From a virus (taxonomy: Duplodnaviria; Caudoviricetes): DNA of 52,415 nucleotides. Shown here piece after piece: positions 9,418-19,124 of this stretch (positions within the stretch are counted from its first letter, which is position 1; each line of letters opens with the position of its first letter). Below the pieces are notes generated by a model. It was not told the origin of the DNA, ran no database searches, and saw only the letters and a program-made list of their open reading frames with translations. Location of the stretch: the IMG/VR virus record IMGVR_UViG_3300018917_000004, positions 1 through 52,415 of that record. The stretch is one strand, 5' to 3'. Made by a program: the position numbers and the translations under genes.

Positions 9418-9810
9418 ATGGCATACTACATTGGTCAACAAACTGGCGCAACATTACCCGATGGCTCTTGGGAGTTCACAGGCTACGATTTACTGTATAA
9501 AATAGGTACCCCTGAGTGCCCTTGGGATGATAAAGACCTAGTGCCCCGGTGGTTCACAGTGTTTGAGAGTGCCGCCGATGAACCGTTATCAGCGATGGCC
9601 TGGAATAAGACTCAGGGCCTATATGTCAAACCAATGAGCGAAAGAGGCTACACATTAACACAATGTCCCTTTTACCCTATGTTACTAAGTTACTTCAGTA
9701 ACCGTGACGCAGTATTGGGTGTAATGTTCAAAGCGTTAGTTGAGGCCGCTAGTATCTCACCTAGCCCCGAATTGTATAAGGAATTTGAGAGGGTACTAAG
9801 TCAACCGTGA
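9418..9810 (+). CDS. Hypothetical protein (possible fibre assembly protein)
   Basis: 130-aa ORF directly after the fibre genes. Confidence 0.55.
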   Translation: MAYYIGQQTGATLPDGSWEFTGYDLLYKIGTPECPWDDKDLVPRWFTVFESAADEPLSAMAWNKTQGLYVKPMSERGYTLTQCPFYPMLLSYFSNRDAVLGVMFKALVEAASISPSPELYKEFERVLSQP

Positions 9811-9861
9811 GCCTTACGGCTCTAATCGTCTTATGTTATTTGTTATCACAACACTACACCG

Positions 9862-10233
9862 ATGGATACTAATGAAACAAAGCCCGTAGGGCCTGAGGTA
9901 ACTAAAGTGACAACTGAGGTGCCTGTTAACTCACGTCATGACTTATATCACGAGGTCGCGACAGTGTTAAATAATGGGGCCTTCGCTGTTCTCGTGGCCT
10001 TCTGCGTTATCCTATGGGTAGCCAGGGGCTTTATTACCAAAGTGACAAATAGTCAAGCAGAGCTACTTGACACCCTACAGAAATCAGTGCGAAACAATAC
10101 GGCCGCGCTAGATAGTATGCAAAGAAATAACCAGCGAGTCGTTGACTTACTGGTCGAATTTAGGCATAGTGCCTATGTTACTAAGTTAATCGAAGAACTA
10201 AAGCGGCGAGTCGATGACCCTGATGAGCCTTGA
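9862..10233 (+). CDS. Single-TM coiled-coil protein (holin-like)
   Basis: TM segment GAFAVLVAFCVILWV followed by a heptad region. Confidence 0.55.
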   Translation: MDTNETKPVGPEVTKVTTEVPVNSRHDLYHEVATVLNNGAFAVLVAFCVILWVARGFITKVTNSQAELLDTLQKSVRNNTAALDSMQRNNQRVVDLLVEFRHSAYVTKLIEELKRRVDDPDEP

Positions 10234-10249
10234 GGCACTGCGTGCGCTA
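10234..10249. repeat. 16-bp repeat GGCACTGCGTGCGCTA (4 copies)
   Basis: Also at 10495-10510 (reverse), 21835-21850 and 39447-39462. Confidence 0.8.
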
Positions 10250-10315
10250 TATAACTCATGTAGTCTTGTGATAACAGAGTATACTAGGGATAACGTGCCG
10301 AAGGCACTAGGCTCA

Positions 10316-10741
10316 CTAGGGTCTCAAGGCCCATAAGGCTCTCATGCCACCTCGCAACAACTCGACTAACTCAGGTACTGTATAAGTGACGTAATTTACA
10401 CCATACCAGTATATAAACATTAGGTCATCTTGTAGCGTCGTAGTTTCCCCTATGTGCCACGGGCACGTTAGAAGGCTATAGTTCAATATGTCATTAGCGC
10501 ACGCAGTGCCAGGGGTGATAAGTGACCAAGCGGCCGCAATGAAGTCAGAGTACATGAGGGCAATAAGGGGCACGATGCAAGCTAGTATCTCTTGGCTATA
10601 TTGTGCCATTACGTCAAAGTAGTTACCTAAGGTGTGCCAAGTGGACTGGTAGCGCCGGTGAGCCTGGTTACTATTCAGGTTAACCAAGAGCTGATAGGTG
10701 TCATTGATAAGGCTTGTAGACAGTGTGGTGATAGCGTTCAT
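10316..10741 (-). CDS. Hypothetical protein
   Basis: 141-aa ORF in the early-type cluster. Confidence 0.65.
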   Translation of the reverse strand: MNAITTLSTSLINDTYQLLVNLNSNQAHRRYQSTWHTLGNYFDVMAQYSQEILACIVPLIALMYSDFIAAAWSLITPGTACANDILNYSLLTCPWHIGETTTLQDDLMFIYWYGVNYVTYTVPELVELLRGGMRALWALRP

Positions 10742-10813
10742 TTCAGTACCTTTGTGTGATAATGTGATAACAGTGTAATGAGGTATAGAAGGGGGCCGGG
10801 TGGCCCCTAGTTG

Positions 10814-11473
10814 TTATGTACGTGGCAAGGTACAAGCAGAGGTTACCATTTTAACCTCAGTACCGTCATAGGCGTTATGGTGTTCAGAATCGGTATAAGT
10901 AGCGTAGTAGAGGAAGTCGAGGCCATTAAGTAACCAATACTGTGAGTGCATTATGTTACCGAGTTCTGTAAAGTAACCTAGTGTCCCATCAGGAAAGGCG
11001 TGTACCGGGTAAAACTCATTCGCCTCTTGCACCGCTGTATCATTGTTATCACAAAAGTACTGAGGGTTAATAGAGCAGGCGGGGGCAATGTAGGTAACTG
11101 TAACTTGTGAGCGTTCCTGATGCCCTTGTGCTTCCTCTAGGGTACGGTAGTAAACATAACTTAGAACCGAGTCATCCCAAGAGCCAAAGTAGATTACTGA
11201 GTTATCAGGACAAACGTGTACAGGGTAGAACTGATTAGCCCCGTCTAAATCAGGGGTTACCGTGACATCACAAGCCTCTGTGATATAGGCATCATTAGCC
11301 GTAATAGACTCGATATCATAAGTGACCTCTTGGGTCATGCGTGCCGCTTCAGTCAGTACTTGCTCGATGTCAGCTTTGAGCCAATGCATTCTAGGTTGTC
11401 TTACGCGACCTTGGTCAACTAGGTTACTGTAATGAAAGTTAAACTCTGTAATCATTTGCGCTTTGGTAACCAT
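10814..11473 (-). CDS. Hypothetical protein with two YPV..YF..PAC domains
   Basis: Start moved to ATG 11473, downstream of the promoter at 11504-11532; internal duplication. Confidence 0.7.
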   Translation of the reverse strand: MVTKAQMITEFNFHYSNLVDQGRVRQPRMHWLKADIEQVLTEAARMTQEVTYDIESITANDAYITEACDVTVTPDLDGANQFYPVHVCPDNSVIYFGSWDDSVLSYVYYRTLEEAQGHQERSQVTVTYIAPACSINPQYFCDNNDTAVQEANEFYPVHAFPDGTLGYFTELGNIMHSQYWLLNGLDFLYYATYTDSEHHNAYDGTEVKMVTSACTLPRT

Positions 11474-11548
11474 CAGGTGAACCTCTTTCTCTCTTACTTC
11501 TATAAGATAACACTCTAGGGCCCTGATTACCACCTATTTACCATCAAT

Positions 11549-11568
11549 ATAACTGATGAGTTTACAGG
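11549..11568. promoter_or_regulatory. ATAACTGATGAGTTTACAG upstream box, 1 of 3
   Basis: Also at 13204-13222 and 22895-22914, each 39-40 nt upstream of a -10 box. Confidence 0.65.
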
Positions 11569-11604
11569 TCAATGATAAGCTAAATGATATAGGTATAAAT
11601 GATG

Positions 11605-11634
11605 AACCCTTGTGACATTGTTATCACAAGGGTT
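11605..11634. terminator. Hairpin containing TGTTATCACA
   Basis: Perfect stem AACCCTTGTGA...TCACAAGGGTT. Confidence 0.6.
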
Positions 11635-11660
11635 ATAAGGTGTAAGTTGTAGGTTATAGG

Positions 11661-11873
11661 TTATAGGTGGCAAGCAGGGAAAGAAGCGTTAGCCCTAAGG
11701 GTAAAAGGGCTAGCTTGGTATCGAGAAGCTTTGAAGGAACTAGGGCAATGAATGAGATTGTGTTGCCCTGATGGGTTAAGGCGGGTCTCTAGTGGTTGTA
11801 ATGAACCTACGGTGAAGTAGTACACCGTATCGCGCCAAATGTAAACAGGGTAATGAATGATTTTAGGTTTCAT
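11661..11873 (-). CDS. Small YPV..YF..PAC domain protein
   Basis: HYPVYIWRDTVYYF...FPACHL. Confidence 0.65.
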   Translation of the reverse strand: MKPKIIHYPVYIWRDTVYYFTVGSLQPLETRLNPSGQHNLIHCPSSFKASRYQASPFTLRANASFPACHL

Positions 11874-11894
11874 GTGACTTTGTGATAACAAAAG

Positions 11895-12122
11895 TTAGTT
11901 AAGGGCACAAGCGGGTAAAATGGCATGAGGCATAATAGCGCCGTGGTAGCCGAAATTATGTTCTAGAGCATCAGAGGCCTCTGAGTAATATAGAGGGTGT
12001 ACCAGGTGCCAAGTGGTGCTACGGGATGACTTAGAAAAGCCTAGTTTATCATGGAAGTAACAGACACCACCTAGATGACCGAATTGTACAGGATAATAAC
12101 GATAGTCAACTTTACGCTTCAT
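11895..12122 (-). CDS. Small YPV..YF..PAC domain protein
   Basis: YYPVQFG..VCYF...LPACAL; ATGA overlap with the upstream gene. Confidence 0.65.
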   Translation of the reverse strand: MKRKVDYRYYPVQFGHLGGVCYFHDKLGFSKSSRSTTWHLVHPLYYSEASDALEHNFGYHGAIMPHAILPACALN

Positions 12123-12424
12123 GTTACATCTGGCCCACAATGGCCCAATAGTTTCTTTTGGAGGTAATCGGTAAGCTCTAAGGTAGAGCGGTAGTCAGTA
12201 CGGGTAGCCAGTTTAGCTAGCAGGGCATCAATGAGATTATACTCTACGGTATATTGTGGTAGTCTCAGGGCTAACTGCCAGAACTTAGCGCGATGAAGGG
12301 CCCGAAAGGCCTCATCATGAAGCCCTAGTTTTTCAAGGTGAGCTGCGAGGTCAACATAGGTTTTATAGCGTTGTTGGCAGTTGACCTGATAGCGTCGCGA
12401 GGTCTCAATGGGCTGTAAAGTCAT
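12119..12424 (-). CDS. Hypothetical helical protein
   Basis: 101-aa ORF overlapping both neighbours in the operon. Confidence 0.6.
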   Translation of the reverse strand: MTLQPIETSRRYQVNCQQRYKTYVDLAAHLEKLGLHDEAFRALHRAKFWQLALRLPQYTVEYNLIDALLAKLATRTDYRSTLELTDYLQKKLLGHCGPDVT

Positions 12425-13124
12425 GGCTGTTATCCTGTTCTAAATGGCAAGATATGAGACAAGCAGGGTAAGCTATGTTAGCCGGTACTGTCCAAGGCCC
12501 CTGTGAGCGATAGTCGAGTGCTTGGTCACGAGTGAAACAATGCACTAAGTCGTAACTGAGCCTAGCAGCAGTACGTGACTCAATAGGTACATGAGAATAA
12601 CTGGTGAAATAGTAGACACTATCATCCATAGTGTACGCAGGTAGCCATGTGGTGTATTGCGGGTCAGGTAGTTGACAATGTGGTGGTAACGGTAGGCTAC
12701 AAGCTGGCGCTGCTGTCGTCGGTGTCAGGTAGGAGACCTCAGGGCCATAAAGTAGTTCAACGTGGTTATTGAGGCTCATAGCTTCATTGTAGGTACTAAA
12801 GTTCACGTAATCATTGTTATGAAAGTGTATCACAGGGTACCCATACTGATGAAAGTACATATGGTAACGCCTAGGATACCACTGGTCACAGTTGTCAAGA
12901 TACTCACGAGGGATATTATGAGGCTCATGGTTGTCTTGAATGATGTCTATGGCTAACCGGCACGCATCAATGATAAATGATTTAGTCCAATAGGCCTTAG
13001 GGGTATGAAGTGCAATAGGCCAATCAATATCCTGAAGTCTCGGTAAAAGCTGGTTACGATAGATATCACACAATTCTTTCTTAGTAAACTGAGTTAACAT
13101 AGCGTCGAGTGATTGTATTCTCAT
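12405..13124 (-). CDS. Hypothetical protein with two PAC-type domains
   Basis: Start moved to ATG 13124, downstream of the promoter at 13160-13188; AAPACSL and YPACLI repeats. Confidence 0.7.
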   Translation of the reverse strand: MRIQSLDAMLTQFTKKELCDIYRNQLLPRLQDIDWPIALHTPKAYWTKSFIIDACRLAIDIIQDNHEPHNIPREYLDNCDQWYPRRYHMYFHQYGYPVIHFHNNDYVNFSTYNEAMSLNNHVELLYGPEVSYLTPTTAAPACSLPLPPHCQLPDPQYTTWLPAYTMDDSVYYFTSYSHVPIESRTAARLSYDLVHCFTRDQALDYRSQGPWTVPANIAYPACLISCHLEQDNSHDFTAH

Positions 13125-13248
13125 GTGGCCCTCTTTAGCGTCTGTTTCCTTACTTCTTAAATATAGCACCTAGTTATCCCTGTGAACTAAATAAGAGTTT
13201 AAGATAACTAATGAGTTTACAGCTAACCAATAAGAACAGGTAATCACG

Positions 13249-13857
13249 ATGAAGTTAAGTAAATGGCGGCCAGCGTTTATAACATGGTTGGCGAAGTATG
13301 TCAAGATAGACAAGTGGTTACTAGATGCCCCTAGCGCTGAGGTAACCTGGGACACCTCGAAGCCCTGGCAGTTCTCAGGTAACACTGTAGGATACTTGCC
13401 GCCACTCAGAAGCGTCGATTATACAACGGTAGACCCTAAGACCATTAAGGGCCGCGGGATACAAGAGTTATTTGTGCTGGCTAGGTTTGACAGAAACTAT
13501 AAGTTTGACCAATTGCCAGTAGAGAAAATAGAGGGCCTACACTGTACCTTGTGCCTAGCAGCAACACTAGTATGGCAGTCGATATTACCTGATGAGCCAC
13601 GGGGGTTAACTGATGTAACGACGGCTGCAACAGAATACCCAGTTACCTTTAGGCCCGCTGGTGACCGTAATAGTGACTGGGTATGTGAGATACACTGGCA
13701 GTTCATTATCGAATGGCTAGCCGATGCGGAAGAGGGTCTTGTGACTCAACCGTTTGAAATAACGGCAGTAGGCGGCCGCGTGCTACGTAGTAAGCTATAT
13801 GACTTCCAGGATAACGTAGTTGACTTTACGGGCCTTTTTGCGCCTAGGGGTGAATAG
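13249..13857 (+). CDS. Probable tail terminator / neck protein
   Basis: 202 aa, upstream of the sheath on the same strand; call is positional. Confidence 0.45.
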   Translation: MKLSKWRPAFITWLAKYVKIDKWLLDAPSAEVTWDTSKPWQFSGNTVGYLPPLRSVDYTTVDPKTIKGRGIQELFVLARFDRNYKFDQLPVEKIEGLHCTLCLAATLVWQSILPDEPRGLTDVTTAATEYPVTFRPAGDRNSDWVCEIHWQFIIEWLADAEEGLVTQPFEITAVGGRVLRSKLYDFQDNVVDFTGLFAPRGE

Positions 13858-14233
13858 TGGTGACTAGCTCATACAGTCGCTCTAAGACATCAGCGGTATG
13901 GTGACCATCGTATCGAAAGTTATAAACTAACTCAGGGTAGAGACAGTTACCCCAGTAGGTCATATGGAGATGTTGTGAGATTTGACGGCCATCAGGGAAT
14001 TCAAGCACGACTAAGAACCAATCAGGGTCAATAGTGGCATTCTGGCTATCGCGGCGAGTTTTGATTACCCTGTAGCCTGACTGACCTTGTGATAACAAGT
14101 TACATAAGAGGATAAATTGAAGACTACGGAAGCTGTAAAGCTCATCAATAGTATGATAGGTATCGCCATCACCTGATACAGCGTAATGACACCGGGGGCA
14201 CTTGGTCATAATAGTTACCACGAGAATTAACAA
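13844..14233 (-). CDS. Phage protein with WDGH-like motif
   Basis: WFLVVLEFPDGRQISQHL...YDGHHTADVLERL; likely start is the ATG at ~14209; promoter at 14240-14268. Confidence 0.6.
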   Translation of the reverse strand: MLILVVTIMTKCPRCHYAVSGDGDTYHTIDELYSFRSLQFILLCNLLSQGQSGYRVIKTRRDSQNATIDPDWFLVVLEFPDGRQISQHLHMTYWGNCLYPELVYNFRYDGHHTADVLERLYELVTTIHP

Positions 14234-14239
14234 TATCTA

Positions 14240-14268
14240 AGTATAGCGTACTACGTACGTTAAGTCAA
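14240..14268 (-). promoter_or_regulatory. Sigma70-type promoter
   Basis: TTGACT-17-TATACT. Confidence 0.7.
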
Positions 14269-14304
14269 TTAGTTAAATGAGTAGAATGATAACCATTATT
14301 ACAA

Positions 14305-15855
14305 GTGGAGGCTCACGCAGTGACGGTTAACCCTTGGGGAATGTTTAGCGTACCGGGCACCTACGTTACCGAAGATACATATGGTAAGGTACCGGCGGCC
14401 CTAGCAGACCATAGTTTAATGTATATGCTGATGTTCAGCAATAAAGCCGGGGCCCCTGTGGATGAGTTAACCTTCATCAGTAGCCTAGCTGACTTCGATA
14501 ACACTTTCGGCCCTGGGTACTCGCGGCCCTCGGTACAACTATTCTTTGCACAGTTTCCTGAAAGTGGCTTTTATTGCGTCAATGTGCCGTCAAGGGCCTC
14601 TAGGTCAGTTAGTGTAACATTGGGTGCGGTAGGCTCAGTATACTCTTTAACAATTGATGGTTATGTAGTATCCTATACTTCAGTTGTAGGCGATACGGCC
14701 CCAATGGTGCTGAGTGCGCTAGCGGACAAAGTGAACAGCACGGCGACGCATTTAGCATCAATGGTCTCTGGTAATCTACGGTTAGTTGATAGTGATACCG
14801 TAGTATCAAGTAGCGGTAATGTGACACTAGGGGCAGTGGTGCCAGCGGCAACCTACCCTGTAGCACAAGATGTAGTAGATAGCGCTACAAAGGTATTGGT
14901 GAGCGATTTGAGACAAGGTTTCATCGTGGCACCTGAGTTCTACCTGGAAATTACCGATATGGCACAAAGGGCCCTGTTAGCTAATAGCCTAGATGCCTTG
15001 TGCGCTCGTGATGGTCATAAGTGGGTTAATGTGGTTGATTGTGGTGAAGAGGTGGCCACGGCGACAACAGGGGCAGGTGCGTTGAACCTAGCACTAAAAG
15101 AGCGTGCCATGTTACAGAGTCCGGCCGGTCACTCGTGGTACTTCTTTCCCCACTGGGTAAATGGGGATAACGTAAATGTACCTATGTCTACCAGTGTGGT
15201 GGCAGTAGCTATTAAACGGTATCGCGTGAACTTTGCTGACCCCCCGGCTGGTACTAGTTTCCCAGTGTACGGCGTGACCTCTCAGACATTTAGAGTACGT
15301 AACGAGCATCAGGGCATACTTAACCCCGTTGGTGTTAACTGTGGCCGTATTTTCGATGAGGCGACCATATCACCCCGGAAAGGCGCGTGTATATACGGTT
15401 GTCGCACATTGTCAACGAGTGGCTTTTGGAAGTTTGGCACGACACGAGTTATAGCTAACGTACTTGAGGGTACATTACGCTACGCTTTCGATACCTTTAT
15501 CTTTCAGAGTGTTGATGGGGAAGGTGAGGCCTTTAATCGAATCATGCAGACAGCAGTGAGTATTTGTGAGCGCATGAGGCTATCGAGAGCATTCTACGGT
15601 AAAACGCCGGATGAAGCGTACTTTGTAGTTTGTGATGAGCGCAATAACCCTCTAATCGACTTAGAGGCCGGCCGTGTCAATGTGGATGTCTACTTTAAAC
15701 CAGCGCCAATGCTTGAGATATTGATTATCAGAGTACACCGCACTTCACTTGACACTGTGATAACAGAGGCCTTTAGTCAAGCCAACAGTGGCACCAGTAC
15801 AGAAGGGAAGGCAGCAACGGCCCCTACTGAAGCGGCGTCCTCTAGTGGTAGCTAA
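14305..15855 (+). CDS. Tail sheath protein
   Basis: PGTYVTE, LNPVGVNC, IYGCRTLS, AYFVVCDERNNP, PAPMLE motifs. Confidence 0.9.
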   Translation: MEAHAVTVNPWGMFSVPGTYVTEDTYGKVPAALADHSLMYMLMFSNKAGAPVDELTFISSLADFDNTFGPGYSRPSVQLFFAQFPESGFYCVNVPSRASRSVSVTLGAVGSVYSLTIDGYVVSYTSVVGDTAPMVLSALADKVNSTATHLASMVSGNLRLVDSDTVVSSSGNVTLGAVVPAATYPVAQDVVDSATKVLVSDLRQGFIVAPEFYLEITDMAQRALLANSLDALCARDGHKWVNVVDCGEEVATATTGAGALNLALKERAMLQSPAGHSWYFFPHWVNGDNVNVPMSTSVVAVAIKRYRVNFADPPAGTSFPVYGVTSQTFRVRNEHQGILNPVGVNCGRIFDEATISPRKGACIYGCRTLSTSGFWKFGTTRVIANVLEGTLRYAFDTFIFQSVDGEGEAFNRIMQTAVSICERMRLSRAFYGKTPDEAYFVVCDERNNPLIDLEAGRVNVDVYFKPAPMLEILIIRVHRTSLDTVITEAFSQANSGTSTEGKAATAPTEAASSSGS

Positions 15856-15892
15856 TTAACTCAATTACTATATAACTATAAGGTGATACATT

Positions 15893-16342
15893 ATGGCAAG
15901 TGAACTTAAGCCACTCTCAGAAAAACAGTGGCTAGTGACGGTAGAAGGGGTAGAAGGTACGTGGCGCAAGGCTACGGCCCCCAAGGTGACAAGGGAGAAA
16001 ATTAGATACACTGACCCTACCTTAGGCCGCACGCGCAAGCATTTAGGCTTCGCTGAGAACGATGAGATTACGTTAACCAAGGATTACGACGCTGAGACCG
16101 ATGGCGCTACGGTAGATTGGATACTAAAGAAGCGCGTTGGTAAAGAAACGGTAACACCATTTACCATTACTTTCACCCCGGTATATGCTGACGTAGCCGG
16201 TTCCAAGTACGAAGGCAGTGCCTCCTATACGCTCACAGGGTGCCTGTTGTCCGATTGGCAACTTATGGGCCCTGATAGAGGTGGTAGCGGCCTTAGCACC
16301 TTGGAAATTGTTGTAACCTGGGATGATGTACAGAAGTCATAA
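15893..16342 (+). CDS. Tail tube protein
   Basis: 149 aa after the sheath; EITLTK and YTLTGC patterns. Confidence 0.8.
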   Translation: MASELKPLSEKQWLVTVEGVEGTWRKATAPKVTREKIRYTDPTLGRTRKHLGFAENDEITLTKDYDAETDGATVDWILKKRVGKETVTPFTITFTPVYADVAGSKYEGSASYTLTGCLLSDWQLMGPDRGGSGLSTLEIVVTWDDVQKS

Positions 16343-16384
16343 GTTACCGCCACTTAACTGACTGACCCTATATATCATTATGTG

Positions 16385-16560
16385 TTAAAGTACGTCACCG
16401 ATGGTAAATGATGAGCCTAACGGCTATAAATACCTGAAGGAAACTCAGGTAACTAACGCACGTAGTGCTAACAATAATTCTTTAAGGCCTTAGGGGGGCT
16501 ACCGAGTGCGACTGTGACCTAGTAGGTTTCGAGTCTTGGTTAACTGGGTACCCTTGAGGC
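16385..16560 (+). ncRNA. Structured intergenic RNA element (~180 nt)
   Basis: Consecutive hairpins; 39-nt element at 16506-16544 is shared with 6189-6227. Confidence 0.45.
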
Positions 16561-16605
16561 TTAACTATTTAAATATAGCACACAGTAAGCCCTGAGGGTA
16601 ACGTA

Positions 16606-16932
16606 ATGACCAGTAATAAGCAATACTTATTTAATGAAGCCGGTGATTTAGTGGTGCCTATGCTTTACACGTTAGGCTATGAGGCAGTGACGCTAAGGGA
16701 ACCTAAGGCGCGTGATATTAAAACGATGCGGCGTCATGCAATCGCGTATACAAAGCAGAATGCAGGGGCACCAATTGATGATATTACTACTTTGGAGATA
16801 GCGATAACCGTACTGTGTACTAGTCATGAGTTAACGGTAAAACAAATAGACGAGTGGGACGCAGAGGACATGATGGAGGTAGGCAGCGCCCTGAGTACCT
16901 TTCGTGTCTTTAAGAACTACATCAACGCATGA
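16606..16932 (+). CDS. Tail assembly chaperone
   Basis: VTLREPKARDI motif; lies between tube and tape measure. Confidence 0.75.
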   Translation: MTSNKQYLFNEAGDLVVPMLYTLGYEAVTLREPKARDIKTMRRHAIAYTKQNAGAPIDDITTLEIAITVLCTSHELTVKQIDEWDAEDMMEVGSALSTFRVFKNYINA

Positions 16933-17158
16933 TGACATAGTTTTCGTTGTACAAGGCCGTAGTTTTACCTTGTACCAACTGAAGCAATGTGTGATAGCAG
17001 CGTGCGGCGGTGTGCTGAATGGCTTCTATACTTCCTATGACGATATGGCGATATGGGAGGTCATAGAGGCAATTGAGGCCACCCAAGAGCTAAACAGTGA
17101 CTCTGATGTCTCGCAGGATGAAACAGGCGACTGGTTGGAATCGATGGCCTCAGATTAA
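16904..17158 (+). CDS. Chaperone C-terminal extension (probable frameshift product)
   Basis: Overlaps the chaperone in the +1 frame and has no good start codon. Confidence 0.5.
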   Translation: MSLRTTSTHDDIVFVVQGRSFTLYQLKQCVIAACGGVLNGFYTSYDDMAIWEVIEAIEATQELNSDSDVSQDETGDWLESMASD

Positions 17159-17180
17159 CCCTATGTAACAATGTGATAAC

Positions 17181-19124
17181 ATGAACCCCCGTATACAACT
17201 AGAGCTAACCGCTAGTGATAAGATGACCCCGGCCTTGATATTGGCACAAAGGGGCATAGACCAACTAGGCAACCGTGCGGCAGCATTAAACCAATATATG
17301 CAGCGGTTGAACCAAAGTACTTCAGGGTATCAGAGGGTAGTACAGGGGTTATCAGGGGCCGCTAATGGCGTTAGTCAGGCCCTAGGCGCAATGGTGCCAA
17401 ATACGGCGATAGCGGGGATGCTAGCGGCAGCAGGGGCAGCATATAAACTAGTAGGTGCATTGAATGAAGGTGGCCGCGTGCAAACTCAGTCACTAGCAAC
17501 AACGAGTGATATCGCAACTAACCTAGGGGTAGAATTTGGCATTGCTCGGAAAGAAGTCGAGCTAATGAACACTAAAATATCCCAGATGGCCGCGAGTCTA
17601 CCAGGTGAAACCAAACAATACAATGAGATGTTTGGGGCCATAGGAGGCTCATTAGCCAAAATGTACAAAGGGAATATAGCAGGGTTCCAAGAGGCCTCAC
17701 AGGATATCACAAAGCGTGCTGGTGTGTTGGCGTCAGTAAGGGGTATTGGAGGCGCTCAGGCCGGTAGTGTGATTGAAAGGTTGATTAGTGGCAACGGGGG
17801 CTTTGGTGAACTAGCGTTGAACGATGTCATCCAGAAGAACGCAATATTTAAACAAGCGTTAATAGATGGCATGAGGGCTATGGGTAAAGACCAGAAAGAC
17901 TGGCAAAACCTGAGTTCTGAGATGCGCCTAAGTATCGTAAGGAAGGCATTAAAGACCGCGACACCTGATAGCCTCATTGACCAATTTAATGGCACGTTTG
18001 AATCAGTTACCCAGGGCATTAAGTCGTACTGGTTTGACCTGCAAGGCGGTGTATTCGGTGTACTGAGGCAGGTAGAAGGCTCAAAGGGGTCACGGTCGGT
18101 ACTCGATGCGGTAGCGGGGGCACTAGAGCAAATGACGAGGGCCGGTAATGCCCTTATGAATCTAGGTAGTGCTAAGGGCCTAAACTTCGACCCAATGTTA
18201 GCGCTAATTACCTTCTTTGACTCAGTGACCCAGGTACTAAACGGTGTCGAGTACTTTATCCGAAGTGGCGGCAAGTTACCTAAATTCAACTTTGACTTTG
18301 ATATCACTAAATACCTAAAGAACTTAAGTAACATAGTACCCCAGTATTTAAACGATGCCATACACGCCATACAGAGTGCAACTAAGGGCACAGGTGTCTC
18401 TAACATACTAGGTGGCTTAAGTCAAGTAACTAATGGCCTAATGGGTATATTTAGCTCAGTGTTTGCCAAGGTAGATTGGTCGGCAGTGGGTGAAATAGTG
18501 GGACGCATAGCGACTCAGGCCTTAATAGGTGCTGGTAGGTATGTATTGACATTGAACTACGCCGGTATGCTAGGGGTCATATTTAACATATTGGTGGCCC
18601 TCGGTAAGCTAATAGGTGGCGCATTGCAAGGCGTGATACTAGCTGGTATTGATGCGGTAGTAGGTGGCCTTAAGGCGGCCCTAGGCTTTGCAGGTGCATT
18701 GTGGCAAGGTTTGGTCGATGGCGTAAAAAGCTTTATCGATAAGGTAACAAGTTGGTTAAGTAATATAGTACTAAATAACCCTGTGAGTCAAGGGGTGCAA
18801 GCGGTGTCAAGTTTCGTTGCTGACCCTATAGGCACTACGGGCAACTTTATAAAAGAAAAGATATTAGGGCAACCGGCCGCGCCAACGCCATCAGTGGGAG
18901 CAGGGGCAACAGCAGCACCGGGGCAACCGATAGCGCCAATGACACCGGGGGCACCAACGCCACTCAAGCCAGCTAACGTAAATAGTCGTAAAGTAGCATA
19001 CACTACGAATACTTATAGCCCTAGTATTAGTGTGGCCCAGAATGAATCATCAGGGTCATTAGTGGCCAGCTTAGGTTCAATACTTGAATCACAGTACAAT
19101 GAGTTCATAAGTGGTTTAGTGTAA
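17181..19124 (+). CDS. Tape measure protein
   Basis: 647 aa, Ala/Gly-rich and helical; canonical position; N-terminal IQLELTASDKMT. Confidence 0.8.
   Translation: MNPRIQLELTASDKMTPALILAQRGIDQLGNRAAALNQYMQRLNQSTSGYQRVVQGLSGAANGVSQALGAMVPNTAIAGMLAAAGAAYKLVGALNEGGRVQTQSLATTSDIATNLGVEFGIARKEVELMNTKISQMAASLPGETKQYNEMFGAIGGSLAKMYKGNIAGFQEASQDITKRAGVLASVRGIGGAQAGSVIERLISGNGGFGELALNDVIQKNAIFKQALIDGMRAMGKDQKDWQNLSSEMRLSIVRKALKTATPDSLIDQFNGTFESVTQGIKSYWFDLQGGVFGVLRQVEGSKGSRSVLDAVAGALEQMTRAGNALMNLGSAKGLNFDPMLALITFFDSVTQVLNGVEYFIRSGGKLPKFNFDFDITKYLKNLSNIVPQYLNDAIHAIQSATKGTGVSNILGGLSQVTNGLMGIFSSVFAKVDWSAVGEIVGRIATQALIGAGRYVLTLNYAGMLGVIFNILVALGKLIGGALQGVILAGIDAVVGGLKAALGFAGALWQGLVDGVKSFIDKVTSWLSNIVLNNPVSQGVQAVSSFVADPIGTTGNFIKEKILGQPAAPTPSVGAGATAAPGQPIAPMTPGAPTPLKPANVNSRKVAYTTNTYSPSISVAQNESSGSLVASLGSILESQYNEFISGLV

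Noticed and set aside
10220-10240. Hammerhead ribozyme (CTGATGA + stem here; similar at 16410, 11553, 22899)
   Set aside because: The required GAAA after stem II and the flanking stems are missing.
16506-16544. tRNA gene suggested by TTCGAGTC
   Set aside because: No cloverleaf, acceptor stem or canonical T-arm; kept only as a T-loop-like element.
17756-18406. Long antisense ORFs (e.g. 17756-18406, 44202-44744, 20293-20700, 6950-7324, 432-659)
   Set aside because: Shadow or alternate frames of well-supported genes.
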